The notes under the pieces: generated by a model | The model's input: only the letters and a program-made list of their open reading frames with translations | What the model was told of the DNA's origin: nothing | The model's database searches: none | Source: a bacterium | GTDB lineage: Bacteria; Patescibacteriota; Minisyncoccia; Phycocordibacterales; VMGT01 | Direction of reading: 5' to 3' | Assembly: GCA_030697645.1 (NCBI GenBank) | Contig: JAUYPI010000004.1 | Span: forward strand, 1,141-65,140 | DNA length: 64,000 nt | Shown here: positions 8,848-18,972 of the stretch, piece by piece | How the letters are laid out: each line of letters opens with the position of its first letter | Numbering within the stretch: the first letter of the stretch is position 1 | Made by a program: the position numbers and the translations under genes

Positions 8848-10161
8848 TTACGCCGATTCCTTTGATGCCGTTTCTATGAGCGCCTGCGTGTAGGAGAGTG
8901 CCATGCGCTGCTCGGAAGGATCGAAGTGTGTGATCAGGAAGGGGTACGATTTCCCCAACTCAAGCGTGGCGTGCAGCTCCGATTCCGATCCGCCGAATTC
9001 GGAGATGTGCACGAGCCCCGCGATGCCCTCCTCGATGCTTGCGAGCGCGCCGTGGCGGTTGTACTTAATGATGACGCCCTGAACCCGCTCGCCGCGGTGG
9101 TAGCGCGTGCCAGCCTCTTTCCACGGATTGGGCTTCAGCGCTTTCATGGAGAGCGAGATTTTGTCATCCTTTATGTCGATGATTTTTACGCGCACCCGAT
9201 CGCCCGTCGATACAAACGCCCGTGGGTTGTCGACGAGTCCCCAGTCGATCTCGGAGAGATGGACGAGCCCTTCGAGGCTGTCTTCGAGCTTCACAAATGC
9301 GCCGAAGTCAACCGTGCCAGTTACCTCGCCGTCGAGCTCATCGCCGACGTTATATTTGTCGACGAGCGCTTGCTTCTCTCGGTGGACGCCATACTTCTCG
9401 GTAAAGATAAGTTTGCCTTCCTTTGGCAGTACCGAGAGGACGGAGACTAAGATGTGCTCGCCGACGAGCGCGCGGAGCGCCTCGAGAATCTGGTCCTTGT
9501 CGCCGCCTGCAACGTGTGGATAATGCTCGGCCGTGAGCTGCGAGGCGGGAAGAAATCCTGAAACCCCCTGCCACTCGAGAATGAGGCCGCCCTTATTTGC
9601 GTCTTTGACCACAAGCTCGATTGTTGTACGTGCGCGCGCGAGACGTTCCGCCTCGCTCCAGACGAGCGCTTGTCGTGCTTCCTTCAGGGAGAGTTCGATA
9701 TAACCGTCCTCGTTTTCCGATGCCACGACCTTGGCGGCAATCTCATCGCCGATATTGACTTTGCGCAGAAGGTCGCGCGCGCTCTGATATTCGCGGCCGT
9801 AGATCGTGCCGGTGCCGAACGGCGAGAGATCGACGTAGACTGCCATGCGACCGATCGCAACTACGTTGCCGTGGACGAGGTCTCCACCGACGGGCGGTGT
9901 CCCGGCGCGCAGAATGAGGGCCGCCATCGGGCTTTCGTGTTTTTTCGGGAGGCGTTTCGCGCTCCGCTCTGGCCGTACGCGTTCGGTGGCCTCTTCCGTC
10001 GACGACTCGTCTGTCCCGCCGAGGGAGGCGTCGGGCGCTTCGAGAACGTGTGGCCGATACCCCTGTTCACCCGCTTCGGTGCTCTCGTCGTGCGGCAGAA
10101 GAGTGAAGTCAGCTCTCGTATCGCGCTGGGGTTCGGTACCCCCAGTAGGTTTCTGATCCAT
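8848..10161 (-). CDS. rpsA: 30S ribosomal protein S1 (4 S1 domains) with disordered N-terminal extension
   Basis: NKGGL, GFLPASQL, DFGAFV, EGLVHLSEI, ISLSMK; start inferred at MDQKP. Confidence 0.9.
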   Translation of the reverse strand: MDQKPTGGTEPQRDTRADFTLLPHDESTEAGEQGYRPHVLEAPDASLGGTDESSTEEATERVRPERSAKRLPKKHESPMAALILRAGTPPVGGDLVHGNVVAIGRMAVYVDLSPFGTGTIYGREYQSARDLLRKVNIGDEIAAKVVASENEDGYIELSLKEARQALVWSEAERLARARTTIELVVKDANKGGLILEWQGVSGFLPASQLTAEHYPHVAGGDKDQILEALRALVGEHILVSVLSVLPKEGKLIFTEKYGVHREKQALVDKYNVGDELDGEVTGTVDFGAFVKLEDSLEGLVHLSEIDWGLVDNPRAFVSTGDRVRVKIIDIKDDKISLSMKALKPNPWKEAGTRYHRGERVQGVIIKYNRHGALASIEEGIAGLVHISEFGGSESELHATLELGKSYPFLITHFDPSEQRMALSYTQALIETASKESA

Positions 10162-10454
10162 GATAAACACTTTGGCTAATAATGTGCCTTTTTGGACCCC
10201 GGCCTTGAGTTGCGTTGAGGCGGGGAGGCTTTCTAAAACAATATCGATGAGTATACCGGAATGTTCGTTGAGGCGCAAACATAAGCGCTACGACATTTGA
10301 CCTGTAACATTTGACCATTGACCGTCAATAAGAATGTCCGTGCCCCCATTTCGTATTTGAAATGGTCGTGAAAAAAGAAATCCTGCCGTTCGGCTTATGT
10401 GCCTACTTGGCAGGATGCGAGGATGAGGATTACCCTCCGTAACGTCCGCGTCCG

Positions 10455-10652
10455 CTATACAAAAAATTTAATCAAACGCCTAATATATAGCGAAAATATA
10501 GCCAATAATGGGAAGTATATAAAAAGCAGCGCCGGTACCGGGTCTGACCATGGTCGGCGACTGATCTCTTCCCAGAAATTTGGCGAGTTCGGACACGTAA
10601 GCTTAAGCACCTCAGGCAGGATCGCATTAATCGGGTCTAACCATGTACACAT
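10455..10652 (-). CDS. Small membrane protein, low GC
   Basis: 65 aa with a C-terminal TM helix; strong SD GAGGAGG upstream. Confidence 0.55.
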   Translation of the reverse strand: MCTWLDPINAILPEVLKLTCPNSPNFWEEISRRPWSDPVPALLFIYFPLLAIFSLYIRRLIKFFV

Positions 10653-10954
10653 AGTAACCTCCTCAAGAACCTATCTCACCTTGCTTTACTGTTCTTACGT
10701 TTATATACTACATAGTGAGATTAAAATCAAAGTAGATACATGTAGTGCGTCGAGTATGAAGAAAGTATTTTTTATCGCTTTCCTCGGCAGCCGCTCTCGT
10801 GTAGCCGCCGAAGCCTAAGCAATGTACGCGGGTCTTGCCGAGTATTTTACCTCGCAGAGCGGCGGAGGGGGATGCTCACCCGGGGCCGAGAAGCAAGGGA
10901 AGTGTTGAGCTTTGGGCGCGCTCCACACATAGCGCGCGGAGCGTAGGAGAGACC

Positions 10955-12571
10955 TCACTTTTTTTGTGGCATATACTGGCGCACTTGCTCGTATAGCGTC
11001 TGAACTCCTGTGTCCTGCGGTATCCGCTCGCGCAGAGCCGCAACGATTTTTAGTGCGCCGGCCGTGTCACCATGCGAGAGCAGCAGCGCTGCCAGGTTGC
11101 GGTACGCGTAATGAAACAACGGGTCCACGGAAATGGCCTGTCTGTATAGGCCAGCCGCTTCTTGGTCGCGCCCGCGATCGCGAATGAGATTTCCCAGGTT
11201 GTGGTATGGTGCCGGTTGAGACGGATCGGCTTCCATTGCCCGTCGTAGATAGTATTCGGTTGCTTTTTCGTCGCCGCGCGCGGCGTAGATGTTGGCGAGG
11301 TTATTCAGTACGCGGGCATTGTCAGGTACGTATGAGATGATCTGAAGATAGAACTGCTCAGGGCTCCCCCAGAGGATCGTGCGCCTCACGGTTTGCACAT
11401 TAAAGAATCCGACGTAGGCCACGCCGAGCGCACACACAAGGTACGCGAGGGCGCGCCTGCGGACGTATAGCCAGTCATAGAGACGGATGCCGTACACGGC
11501 GACGATCGCAGCGAAACCGAGGAGTGACAGGTAGAGCCAGTGTTCGTATATGAGCGCATTGATGGGCGCGATGATGCCAGACGATGGCACGAGAGGCAGA
11601 AGGAACATCGCCGCCCCGAAGAACCACAGCCGCCTGCCACGGAGCGAGTCCCGCCAGATCAACGCGGCGAGTGAGAGGAGCAGCGCCGAGCCGCCTGCCA
11701 CCGACCAGTACCACGGCGTAGTCAGCACCGGGATAGTTCGTTCCATGTGCAGATCAAGCGGGACGATTGTTAATCGTAGATAGGTCCAGAGCGCCTGGAG
11801 GAACGTCCACGTGCGAACCGTTATATGCTCGGTGTATACGTTGGCGTACTGATACCAATTGAGCGTGTTTTGGAAATCGAGGATGGTGAGCCGCAGGAGC
11901 GTGTAGGTCGCGGCAATGGCGACGAACGGCCACGTCGCCTTAAGTGCTTTCCCGAAAGCTCGCGAGAGAGGTTCAGCCCGGTACAGAGAGGCTAGCAACA
12001 CGACGACCATATAGCCCGGCAATAACACCGCTGTCTCGCGCGAGAGCGTGGCGAGCACGGCACAGGGCAGTGCCCAGTAGCGAAAACGATCGGTACGCAG
12101 CCACAGGAGAATGGCAGACAGCATAAAGAAAACCGAGAGCGGGTCGCCTCTGCCAGCAATGTAGGCGATGGCCTCGGTTTGGAGTGGGTGCACGAGCCAC
12201 AGGAGAGCGGCGAGGGCGGCTTGCCGTCTGTTTTTCAAGAGGGCGTCGAGTAGCAGGAAGATCAGGACGGCATTGGCGATGTGCAGGCCGTTTGAGACAA
12301 GGTGGTACCCCCAGGGTGTTCGGCCGCCGAGCGCCCAGTTGATCGCAAAGGAGAGCATGAGCACCGGACGGTAGTAGTTCGACCGTGCGCCGACTCCAGC
12401 AAGCACATCGTGGCTGAATAGGAACTTCGCATGAGACCAGGAAAGTTCATGTACGGCCGGATTGTTCACGATCCAGTCGTCATCATCCCAGAATAGCGGG
12501 TTGTTCATGGTGGGCGCGTACAGTGCTGTCCCAACGAGGATGAGAATGAGGATGATGTGCCAGCGCTGCAT
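10955..12571 (-). CDS. TMTC-like GT-C membrane glycosyltransferase with C-terminal TPRs
   Basis: FWDDD, YYRP, HPLQTEAIAYIAGR, EHWLYL, TPR repeats. Confidence 0.85.
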   Translation of the reverse strand: MQRWHIILILILVGTALYAPTMNNPLFWDDDDWIVNNPAVHELSWSHAKFLFSHDVLAGVGARSNYYRPVLMLSFAINWALGGRTPWGYHLVSNGLHIANAVLIFLLLDALLKNRRQAALAALLWLVHPLQTEAIAYIAGRGDPLSVFFMLSAILLWLRTDRFRYWALPCAVLATLSRETAVLLPGYMVVVLLASLYRAEPLSRAFGKALKATWPFVAIAATYTLLRLTILDFQNTLNWYQYANVYTEHITVRTWTFLQALWTYLRLTIVPLDLHMERTIPVLTTPWYWSVAGGSALLLSLAALIWRDSLRGRRLWFFGAAMFLLPLVPSSGIIAPINALIYEHWLYLSLLGFAAIVAVYGIRLYDWLYVRRRALAYLVCALGVAYVGFFNVQTVRRTILWGSPEQFYLQIISYVPDNARVLNNLANIYAARGDEKATEYYLRRAMEADPSQPAPYHNLGNLIRDRGRDQEAAGLYRQAISVDPLFHYAYRNLAALLLSHGDTAGALKIVAALRERIPQDTGVQTLYEQVRQYMPQKK

Positions 12572-12703
12572 ATTGATACCAGTGTACGTTCTCCTACGCC
12601 GCAAGAAAACTCCCCCTCGTAGCGTAGGAGTTTTCTTGCGGGTAGTTTGCAAATATGGCCTTCCGCGCTCCCGTTTCGCGTTTGCGCGTGATAGTATTAT
12701 TGC

Positions 12704-13099
12704 ATGAGCGAATTGCTTCTTGTGCTCCCTTCATATCTTACCTGGCACTATTCGCGCTCTCCTCGGGAGTATGCTTACCTGTGGGCGCGGATGCTCTGGT
12801 TTGTCGTGCATGTATTCTCGATGCCGTTTCTTCTCGCGACGCTCTTTTCGCCGTGGCGGCGGCTCGATGAAAAGTATCCGCGACAGCTCGATCTTGGCGC
12901 GTGGGGCGAAGTGCTGGTCGTGAATCTTCTCATGCGCCTCGTCGGCTTTGTGGTGCGTATGGCCGTCTTTACGTTCGGCGTGCTCGCGCTCGTTTTTGTT
13001 TTGCTCGGCGGCGCCGTCGGTTTTATCGTCTGGCTCGCTGCGCCAGCCTTGGTGCCGGTGTTTGCTGTTATCGGGACATGGATGCTTGTTGTGGGATAA
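12704..13099 (+). CDS. Hypothetical membrane protein upstream of the Clp-like ATPase
   Basis: YLTWHY, TLFSPWRR, hydrophobic helices; TAGTAT lies 6 nt before the ATG. Confidence 0.75.
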   Translation: MSELLLVLPSYLTWHYSRSPREYAYLWARMLWFVVHVFSMPFLLATLFSPWRRLDEKYPRQLDLGAWGEVLVVNLLMRLVGFVVRMAVFTFGVLALVFVLLGGAVGFIVWLAAPALVPVFAVIGTWMLVVG

Positions 13100-13241
13100 T
13101 CCATTAGAGTTCGACATCCTGAAGCTTTCCATCATCTGCGTGCGACGAATTTCCAATTTCCAAGCAAGTTCCAATTTCCAAATTTTCAAATCTAAAACAC
13201 GACAGACCGCGGCGTTACTTTTTAATCCGCGTTCGACTTTC

Positions 13242-15818
13242 ATGCTCCCTACACATCTCGCCCTCGCCATTCGTTCTTTAGTCCCGGTGCTCCGCACTGA
13301 GCGTGTGATTTCGCACGCGCGGCGAAGAGCAGTACGTCATTTTTCTGTTGCGATTTTTTGCGTTGCGCTGGTGCTTGTCGGTGTCGGAATCCTGCTCGCG
13401 ACACTTCGGGTGCGGTTTCCTTCCATGGTTCCTGCGCTTGGAGCACGTCAGGTGTTTTTTTTAGTTTATGCCGGAGCGCTGCCTCGTCTTATCGGCCTTG
13501 GCCTCATCGCGGCCGCGCTCTCGCTCACGCTTGTGATGCTCGAGGCGTTTTACTACTCCCATTATTTTCGCGCGCGCGGAGCACTCGGCGCTACAAGCGA
13601 CGCCAAGGGCGCAGGTGATGAGGTGACGGCAGAACCACGGATCACGTTCGAGGCCGCCGAGTCGCTTTATGATGTGTACGCGCGCGGAGAGCTCCTCGCG
13701 CGCTCGTTCCTCGCCTCGCGCCACGGCACCGAGGTATTAAGGCGCCTTGAGCTCGCGAGCGAAAATATCGCTGCGCTCGCCGCGGCGGCTGGCACGAAAG
13801 ACGCTGCTCTATCGTCTGAGAGCACGCCCGAGGAGGATACGAGCGCTGTGCCGCAAGAATTCACGCTGCGCTCCGTTGCCGAACAGTTTGTCTGGGCTGA
13901 CGAGGGCGTTCGCATCGGGCTCCTCTCGCACGAAATTACGAACGAGCTTTTTCTCGGCGCTGCGGCGTGGGTCGCGGAGCGCCGAGAGCGAGCGCACGAG
14001 CGGGAGCGGTGGTGGTCGCTTGAGCGGCTCAAGGCGGTGGGCGTTGTCGGTGACGTATGGTCTTATGGCGGCGCGTACCGTCTGCGCCGGTTTGCAAAGT
14101 CGATTTCGCACGCAGTAATTAGTGACCTCACGTCGTATGGCACGGCGGAAGCGCACGCGCTCGAGAGCGTCCTCTCAAGGACGAGTGAGGCGAATGCGCT
14201 TCTCGTCGGCGACGATACAATCGGGATCGATGTGATCCTCTCCCGCCTTGCTGCGCGTATCGCCTCAGGCGAGGTGGCGGAGGCGCTGCGGCATAGCGAA
14301 TTCTTTTCACTTGATCTTGCAGCGCTCCTTGCCGCGACGGGATCAAAGGCGGCCTTTGAAGGCGAGTGCGTGCGCGTTTTTGAGGATGCTGTCGCTGCAG
14401 GTAACATTACACTTGTCATCCCCTCGCTCCCACAGGCGCTCGTGAGCATGCAGAAGCTCGGTGTGGATTTTCTTGAGCTTATTGATCCGTATCTTCGCGG
14501 GAGCAGCATTCATGTCGTCGCGACCGCGCATCGCGGCGCGTTCCACAAAAGCATGGGAGCGGAGCAGCGTCTCGCCGAGCGTTTTGAGGAGGTTGAGATT
14601 GAGCCTGCGGACTCGAGCGTACTCGCGTCGCTCTTGCTTGCCCGCGCCGAGGAGCTTGAGCGGCGTCGTGGCGTCTTCTTCTCATTTCCGACGATTTTTG
14701 CCACTGCGGAGAGTGCGCGGCAGTATTTCCCCTATGGCTCGCCTCTCGACAACGCGTTTGACCTCCTCGATGAGCTTGCGGCACGCCCCGTTAGAAGCAT
14801 CGAGGGTGCTTCTAACGGGGCACGCGCGGCAGGCGAGCGCGAGAGCCGCCTCATCCGCCGCGCCGACCTCGACGCGCTCGTTAAAGAGAAGACCGGCATT
14901 CCTGTGGGCGAGATGGGAGCTCGCGAGCGGGAGCGGCTCCTCTCGCTCGAGAAGCTGCTCGGCCGCCGCGTTCTGGGACAGCCTGAGGCTCTGCGCGCCG
15001 TTGCCGAGGCTCTGCGTCGCGCACGAGCAGGGCTTACGAAGGGCGAGAAGCCCATGGGGTCATTCCTCTTCCTTGGCCCCACCGGAGTCGGGAAGACCGA
15101 GACATCGAAGGCGCTCGCGGCTGCACTCTTTGAAGACGAAAAGCGCCTCTCGCGCCTCGACATGTCCGAGTTTAATACCGCAGATGCGGTGGAACGTCTG
15201 ATCGGCTCACCCGACGGCGCAGAGTCAGGGGCCCTCGCGACGATCCTCCGCGATCAGCCCTATGGGGTGCTTCTCCTCGATGAGTTTGAGAAAATGCATC
15301 CGAACGCGCTCAATATTTTTCTCTCAGTGCTCGACGAGGGCTTTTTTACCGACGGCGCGGGGAGGAAGGTTTCGGCGCAAAACGTGATCATAATCGCGAC
15401 ATCGAACGCAGGGAGTGATTTTATTTTTGAGGCAGTCGAACGTGGAGAGGATCCATCCACACGCACGGATGAGCTCGTAAGTAAACTCATTGAGCAGAGG
15501 ATCTTCAAACCCGAACTTCTGAACCGCTTCGACGGCGTCATCGTCTTCCGCCCGCTCGGCCCCGAGGAGCTCCGCGGCATCGCGCGGATTCTTCTTGCGG
15601 GTCTCGCGCGCGAGCTTACCGAGAAAGGCGTGACTCTTGAGATCACAGAAGAAATCGTCGCGTTCCTCGCAGAGAAAGGTTTTGACCCTAAATTCGGTGC
15701 CCGCCCCATGCGCCGCGCGCTTCAAGAGCACATTGAGGAACCCATCGCCCGCAAGCTAATCGCCGGAGAGCTCCGTCCAGGCACCACGCTTCTTCTGACA
15801 CCGGAGACGCTCCGGTGA
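13242..15818 (+). CDS. Membrane-anchored ClpA/B/C-like AAA+ ATPase, first AAA module degenerate
   Basis: N-terminal TM helices; D2 motifs FLFLGPTGVGKTE, RLDMSEF, LLLDEFEK, FKPELLNRFD, FGARPMRR. Confidence 0.88.
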   Translation: MLPTHLALAIRSLVPVLRTERVISHARRRAVRHFSVAIFCVALVLVGVGILLATLRVRFPSMVPALGARQVFFLVYAGALPRLIGLGLIAAALSLTLVMLEAFYYSHYFRARGALGATSDAKGAGDEVTAEPRITFEAAESLYDVYARGELLARSFLASRHGTEVLRRLELASENIAALAAAAGTKDAALSSESTPEEDTSAVPQEFTLRSVAEQFVWADEGVRIGLLSHEITNELFLGAAAWVAERRERAHERERWWSLERLKAVGVVGDVWSYGGAYRLRRFAKSISHAVISDLTSYGTAEAHALESVLSRTSEANALLVGDDTIGIDVILSRLAARIASGEVAEALRHSEFFSLDLAALLAATGSKAAFEGECVRVFEDAVAAGNITLVIPSLPQALVSMQKLGVDFLELIDPYLRGSSIHVVATAHRGAFHKSMGAEQRLAERFEEVEIEPADSSVLASLLLARAEELERRRGVFFSFPTIFATAESARQYFPYGSPLDNAFDLLDELAARPVRSIEGASNGARAAGERESRLIRRADLDALVKEKTGIPVGEMGARERERLLSLEKLLGRRVLGQPEALRAVAEALRRARAGLTKGEKPMGSFLFLGPTGVGKTETSKALAAALFEDEKRLSRLDMSEFNTADAVERLIGSPDGAESGALATILRDQPYGVLLLDEFEKMHPNALNIFLSVLDEGFFTDGAGRKVSAQNVIIIATSNAGSDFIFEAVERGEDPSTRTDELVSKLIEQRIFKPELLNRFDGVIVFRPLGPEELRGIARILLAGLARELTEKGVTLEITEEIVAFLAEKGFDPKFGARPMRRALQEHIEEPIARKLIAGELRPGTTLLLTPETLR

Positions 15819-15919
15819 CAGTAAATTTTGAAGCAACAGCTTTTTTTTAGCACGCATCCACCCCTCGCGGGGTGGGCGCTCACATTTTTTCAATGGCTTA
15901 TGACGCCTACAGCGAGAGA

Positions 15920-16342
15920 TTAGACTCTAAGCGGCTTATCGGAGAAATGCGTGCGGTGCTTTGAAGAGAAGTACGTCTCAAGTGTCTCCATAAACAAGTG
16001 TCTACCCAAGAGAGGCGGCACTTCATTGCGATCAATGAATCCAACAGGGACCGTCCTCTCGAAGTCGCCGAGCTGCGCATCTATCTTCGGCAAGAAGTAC
16101 ACTTTTTCAGTGCCGCCAATGCCCGACGTGTAGAAAATTTTACAGTCATGCTCAACGTTTACTCCCAGATGTTCCGCCATATACCGCGGGAGCAGCGTAT
16201 AGTCTGCTCCGGAATCTACGATCATCCACACCTCACGCCACAGATCGGCATTTCGTGCTCGAAAAAAGACCTGCGCAACAGGTCTCCATACGTCGCCGAG
16301 AACAGGCGAGTGCGATTTCTCAAACGGAAACTCTACAGTCAT
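15920..16342 (-). CDS. Retropepsin-like aspartyl protease
   Basis: IVDSGAD, GIGG flap, PLLGR. Confidence 0.85.
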   Translation of the reverse strand: MTVEFPFEKSHSPVLGDVWRPVAQVFFRARNADLWREVWMIVDSGADYTLLPRYMAEHLGVNVEHDCKIFYTSGIGGTEKVYFLPKIDAQLGDFERTVPVGFIDRNEVPPLLGRHLFMETLETYFSSKHRTHFSDKPLRV

Positions 16343-16560
16343 AAGATGAGCGTGTCGGCATCGGGAATATACGTTACCGCTGCAGTTTCATGTGGATATT
16401 TTTTGTCAGCATCGCGCAGAATCTTTGCAGCACCGTCCCCCGTTTTCGCGGTCAGTATCTTGTTCGCCACGACGATAACGTGCTTGCCTCTGTAGCGCGG
16501 ACTACTCAAGACTTTGTGCATTATTCGGGCATGTGCGCTTTTTGTATTTTTTCTTCTCAT
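16339..16560 (-). CDS. Small DUF5678-like protein coupled to the aspartyl protease
   Basis: YRGKHVIVVANKIL..G pattern; ATGA overlap with the protease gene. Confidence 0.65.
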   Translation of the reverse strand: MRRKNTKSAHARIMHKVLSSPRYRGKHVIVVANKILTAKTGDGAAKILRDADKKYPHETAAVTYIPDADTLIL

Positions 16561-16772
16561 GCTCGCAGCGTATACTTCGTGGCATGCGAAGTCAACACAC
16601 CATAAACTGACTTCAAGGTTTTGAGGCGGAGCTGTGGATAACTTTGTTTGCCTTTTTTACGCGCGTGCCGTATCTTTACTTCAATTTGTGTATCGTATGG
16701 TCGATGAAAACACAACAAGAGTAGAGTGGAGGCGCAGTCGTCTCGACGAAGACGTAGTGCTCGCTGTTTTCT

Positions 16773-16800
16773 AAACCCCCTTTTCGGGGGTCTTTTTTTA
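16773..16800 (+). terminator. Intrinsic terminator in the 5' leader of the downstream gene
   Basis: aaaccccc-ttttc-gggggtc followed by ttttttt, 25 nt before ATG 16826. Confidence 0.6.
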
Positions 16801-16825
16801 TCAACAATAAAGTTTCTATTACACC

Positions 16826-17662
16826 ATGATCAATAACTACATCGCGACGAAAGACATCGTTCTCTATAGCAGCGCGGTTAGGTCGCTGCGGCGCTTCTTT
16901 CTTAACAAAAATTTTGTTGAAGTGCACACACAGGATCGTTTGAGCATCCTTGCCGCGTGCGAGGATCCGACTACGGTCGCCACCTTTGAGTATGCAGGCG
17001 AGCGCTGGCCACTGCCGCAAACAGGCCAGATGTGGCTCGAGTATGAGCTTTTGAAAAACCCGGCGCTGCCAGGCGTTTTTTGTGTGAGTACGAGCTATCG
17101 AGCCGAGAAGAACCCCGTGCCGGGCAGGCACGAGATCATCTTCCCTATGTTTGAGTTTGAATCTCGAGGTGGTATTGACGATCTCCGAGAGCTTGAGGTT
17201 GAGCTCTGCGAGCACCTCGGGTTCGGCTTGCGAGAGAGCTTCGTTCATCAATCATACGAGGCCGCTACAGCGCACTACGGCACGGACGATATCACGAGCA
17301 GGGAAGAGCTTCGCATTGCGGACGATTTCGGGCCGGTGTTTTTCCTTGGGCAGTTTCCGGTCCGTACCTCGCCGTTCTGGAACATGCGTAAAGACGGCGA
17401 CTACGCCCGCAAGATAGACGTTATTCTTCACGGTATGGAGACGATAGGTTCGGCAGAGCGGAGTTCTGATTCAGCGGAGATGCGTGAGCAGTTTTACGCC
17501 ATAAGCGGCGGGCGGTACGCGGGGTTGCTTCATGAAAAATTCGGCCGCGAGCGCGTGGAGCGCGAATTTGATGGCTTTCTGTCATTTAATTTCTTCCCTC
17601 GCTTCGGCGGCGGCATCGGCATGACCCGGCTTATTCGTGCACTGAAGATGCAAGAGCGCTAA
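16826..17662 (+). CDS. Class II aaRS catalytic-domain-only protein (Asn/AspRS-like; possible archaeal-type asparagine synthetase)
   Basis: Motif 2 SYRAE...RH..IFPMFEFE, ETIGSAERS, motif 3 GGGIGMTRL; no anticodon-binding domain. Confidence 0.75.
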   Translation: MINNYIATKDIVLYSSAVRSLRRFFLNKNFVEVHTQDRLSILAACEDPTTVATFEYAGERWPLPQTGQMWLEYELLKNPALPGVFCVSTSYRAEKNPVPGRHEIIFPMFEFESRGGIDDLRELEVELCEHLGFGLRESFVHQSYEAATAHYGTDDITSREELRIADDFGPVFFLGQFPVRTSPFWNMRKDGDYARKIDVILHGMETIGSAERSSDSAEMREQFYAISGGRYAGLLHEKFGRERVEREFDGFLSFNFFPRFGGGIGMTRLIRALKMQER

Positions 17663-17806
17663 AGAAAACATCCTCAGGCGCTTGAGCATGCACGATACTT
17701 TTGTTACCCTTATTTACACAAAGGTGGGCAAAAGCCAGACGGTTATGTTTGGCACAGAGGTCGGCCCTTTGCAACAATAATTAAAAATCAAAAAAATCGT
17801 GATCCT

Positions 17807-18136
17807 ATGACTATAAATTGGAAAATCTGGGCGCCGCTCGGTATCATCGTGTTGGTAGCGCTTGTCGCAATCGGCTTCTCGAAGTCCGAAGTGCCTCAAG
17901 CGCCCGTTACTGGAGAACCGCGGCAAGCGCCGGTTGTGAGAGAAGAAAGCCAAGCACAACCGGCTGCGATCGCACCAGCTACCGGCAATGTTGATGACGC
18001 GGTGAACGCAATCCTTGCGAGCATTTCCGACGATCAGTCCCTCTTTGCGGAGGCGGAAAAAGACGCCGCATTGATTGACGCTGATAGTCAAGCGATCAGT
18101 GATTTTGGTCAATCCTATAATGAAAAAGACATCTAA
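17807..18136 (+). CDS. Hypothetical membrane-anchored protein
   Basis: N-terminal TM helix, acidic C-terminus. Confidence 0.7.
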   Translation: MTINWKIWAPLGIIVLVALVAIGFSKSEVPQAPVTGEPRQAPVVREESQAQPAAIAPATGNVDDAVNAILASISDDQSLFAEAEKDAALIDADSQAISDFGQSYNEKDI

Positions 18137-18872
18137 GAAATTCTTTATTGGTGCTCTTGCAGCGGCAACGGTGATAAATCTTTTTTCGCCTATCCCGCTA
18201 TTTGCTCAAACAACTCCGACTGCTGCAGGATTTTGTACAAGAATTGCTGAAGTCGCTTCGCGGCTTGACCAACGAATCGCTGATCGGGAAGGACAAATTT
18301 CAGCACGGCGCCAAGAACGATCAGACAACCTTGCGAAGCGAAGGAGTGAGAGAGATGCGCGGATGTCGGAAAATCGCGCTCGGCGGGATGTAAACCGCGA
18401 GGAGCACTACGCTCAATTAGAAGCGCGAGCAACCACCGATGCGCAAAAGCAGGCGGTTGCGGCGTTTAAGAGTGCAGTTGAAGCGGCGATAAGCGCGCGC
18501 AAAACCGCCGTTGACGCGGCAATAAGTTCATTTAAGCAGGGTGTTGATTCAGCGATTGCATCGCGGAAATTAGGGATGGACGCGGCAATAAGCGCATTCA
18601 AGAGCGCACGAATTGTGGCCGCTGATAAGGCAAAAGCGGATTGTGCGGCTGGTGTTGCCCCCCGAACAGCACGCGAGACATTCCGAATGAGCATGCGGGC
18701 GGCACGGGATAAATTTAAGAGCGACGTACAGGCAACCGAGAAGTTAAGAGATTCTGTTGAATCGCTTCACGTCAGCCGAAGACAGGCGGTGGAGAAAGCG
18801 TTTGACGACTTCAAGGCGGCAATGGAAAAAGCGCGCACCGATCTAAAAGCTGCGCTTCAAACCGCCCCGTGA
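18120..18872 (+). CDS. Secreted Ala/Arg-rich coiled-coil protein
   Basis: Signal peptide; internal AISARK.A.DAAI..FK repeats. Confidence 0.75.
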   Translation: MKKTSKKFFIGALAAATVINLFSPIPLFAQTTPTAAGFCTRIAEVASRLDQRIADREGQISARRQERSDNLAKRRSERDARMSENRARRDVNREEHYAQLEARATTDAQKQAVAAFKSAVEAAISARKTAVDAAISSFKQGVDSAIASRKLGMDAAISAFKSARIVAADKAKADCAAGVAPRTARETFRMSMRAARDKFKSDVQATEKLRDSVESLHVSRRQAVEKAFDDFKAAMEKARTDLKAALQTAP

Positions 18873-18916
18873 GGTCTCTGGGTCTCATATGTAAGAGGTC
18901 TATTAGATCGAAAACG

Positions 18917-18954
18917 TACAAATCATGACTCGGCGCAAGCCGAGTCATGATTGT
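18917..18954. terminator. Hairpin between convergent genes
   Basis: aatcatgactcggc-gcaa-gccgagtcatgatt. Confidence 0.65.
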
Positions 18955-18972
18955 ATGTGTTACGCCGGGTAC

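Noticed and set aside
16700-16800. T-box riboswitch
   Set aside because: AGAGTGGAGGCG lacks the UGGNACC bulge and the leader is too short for stem I.
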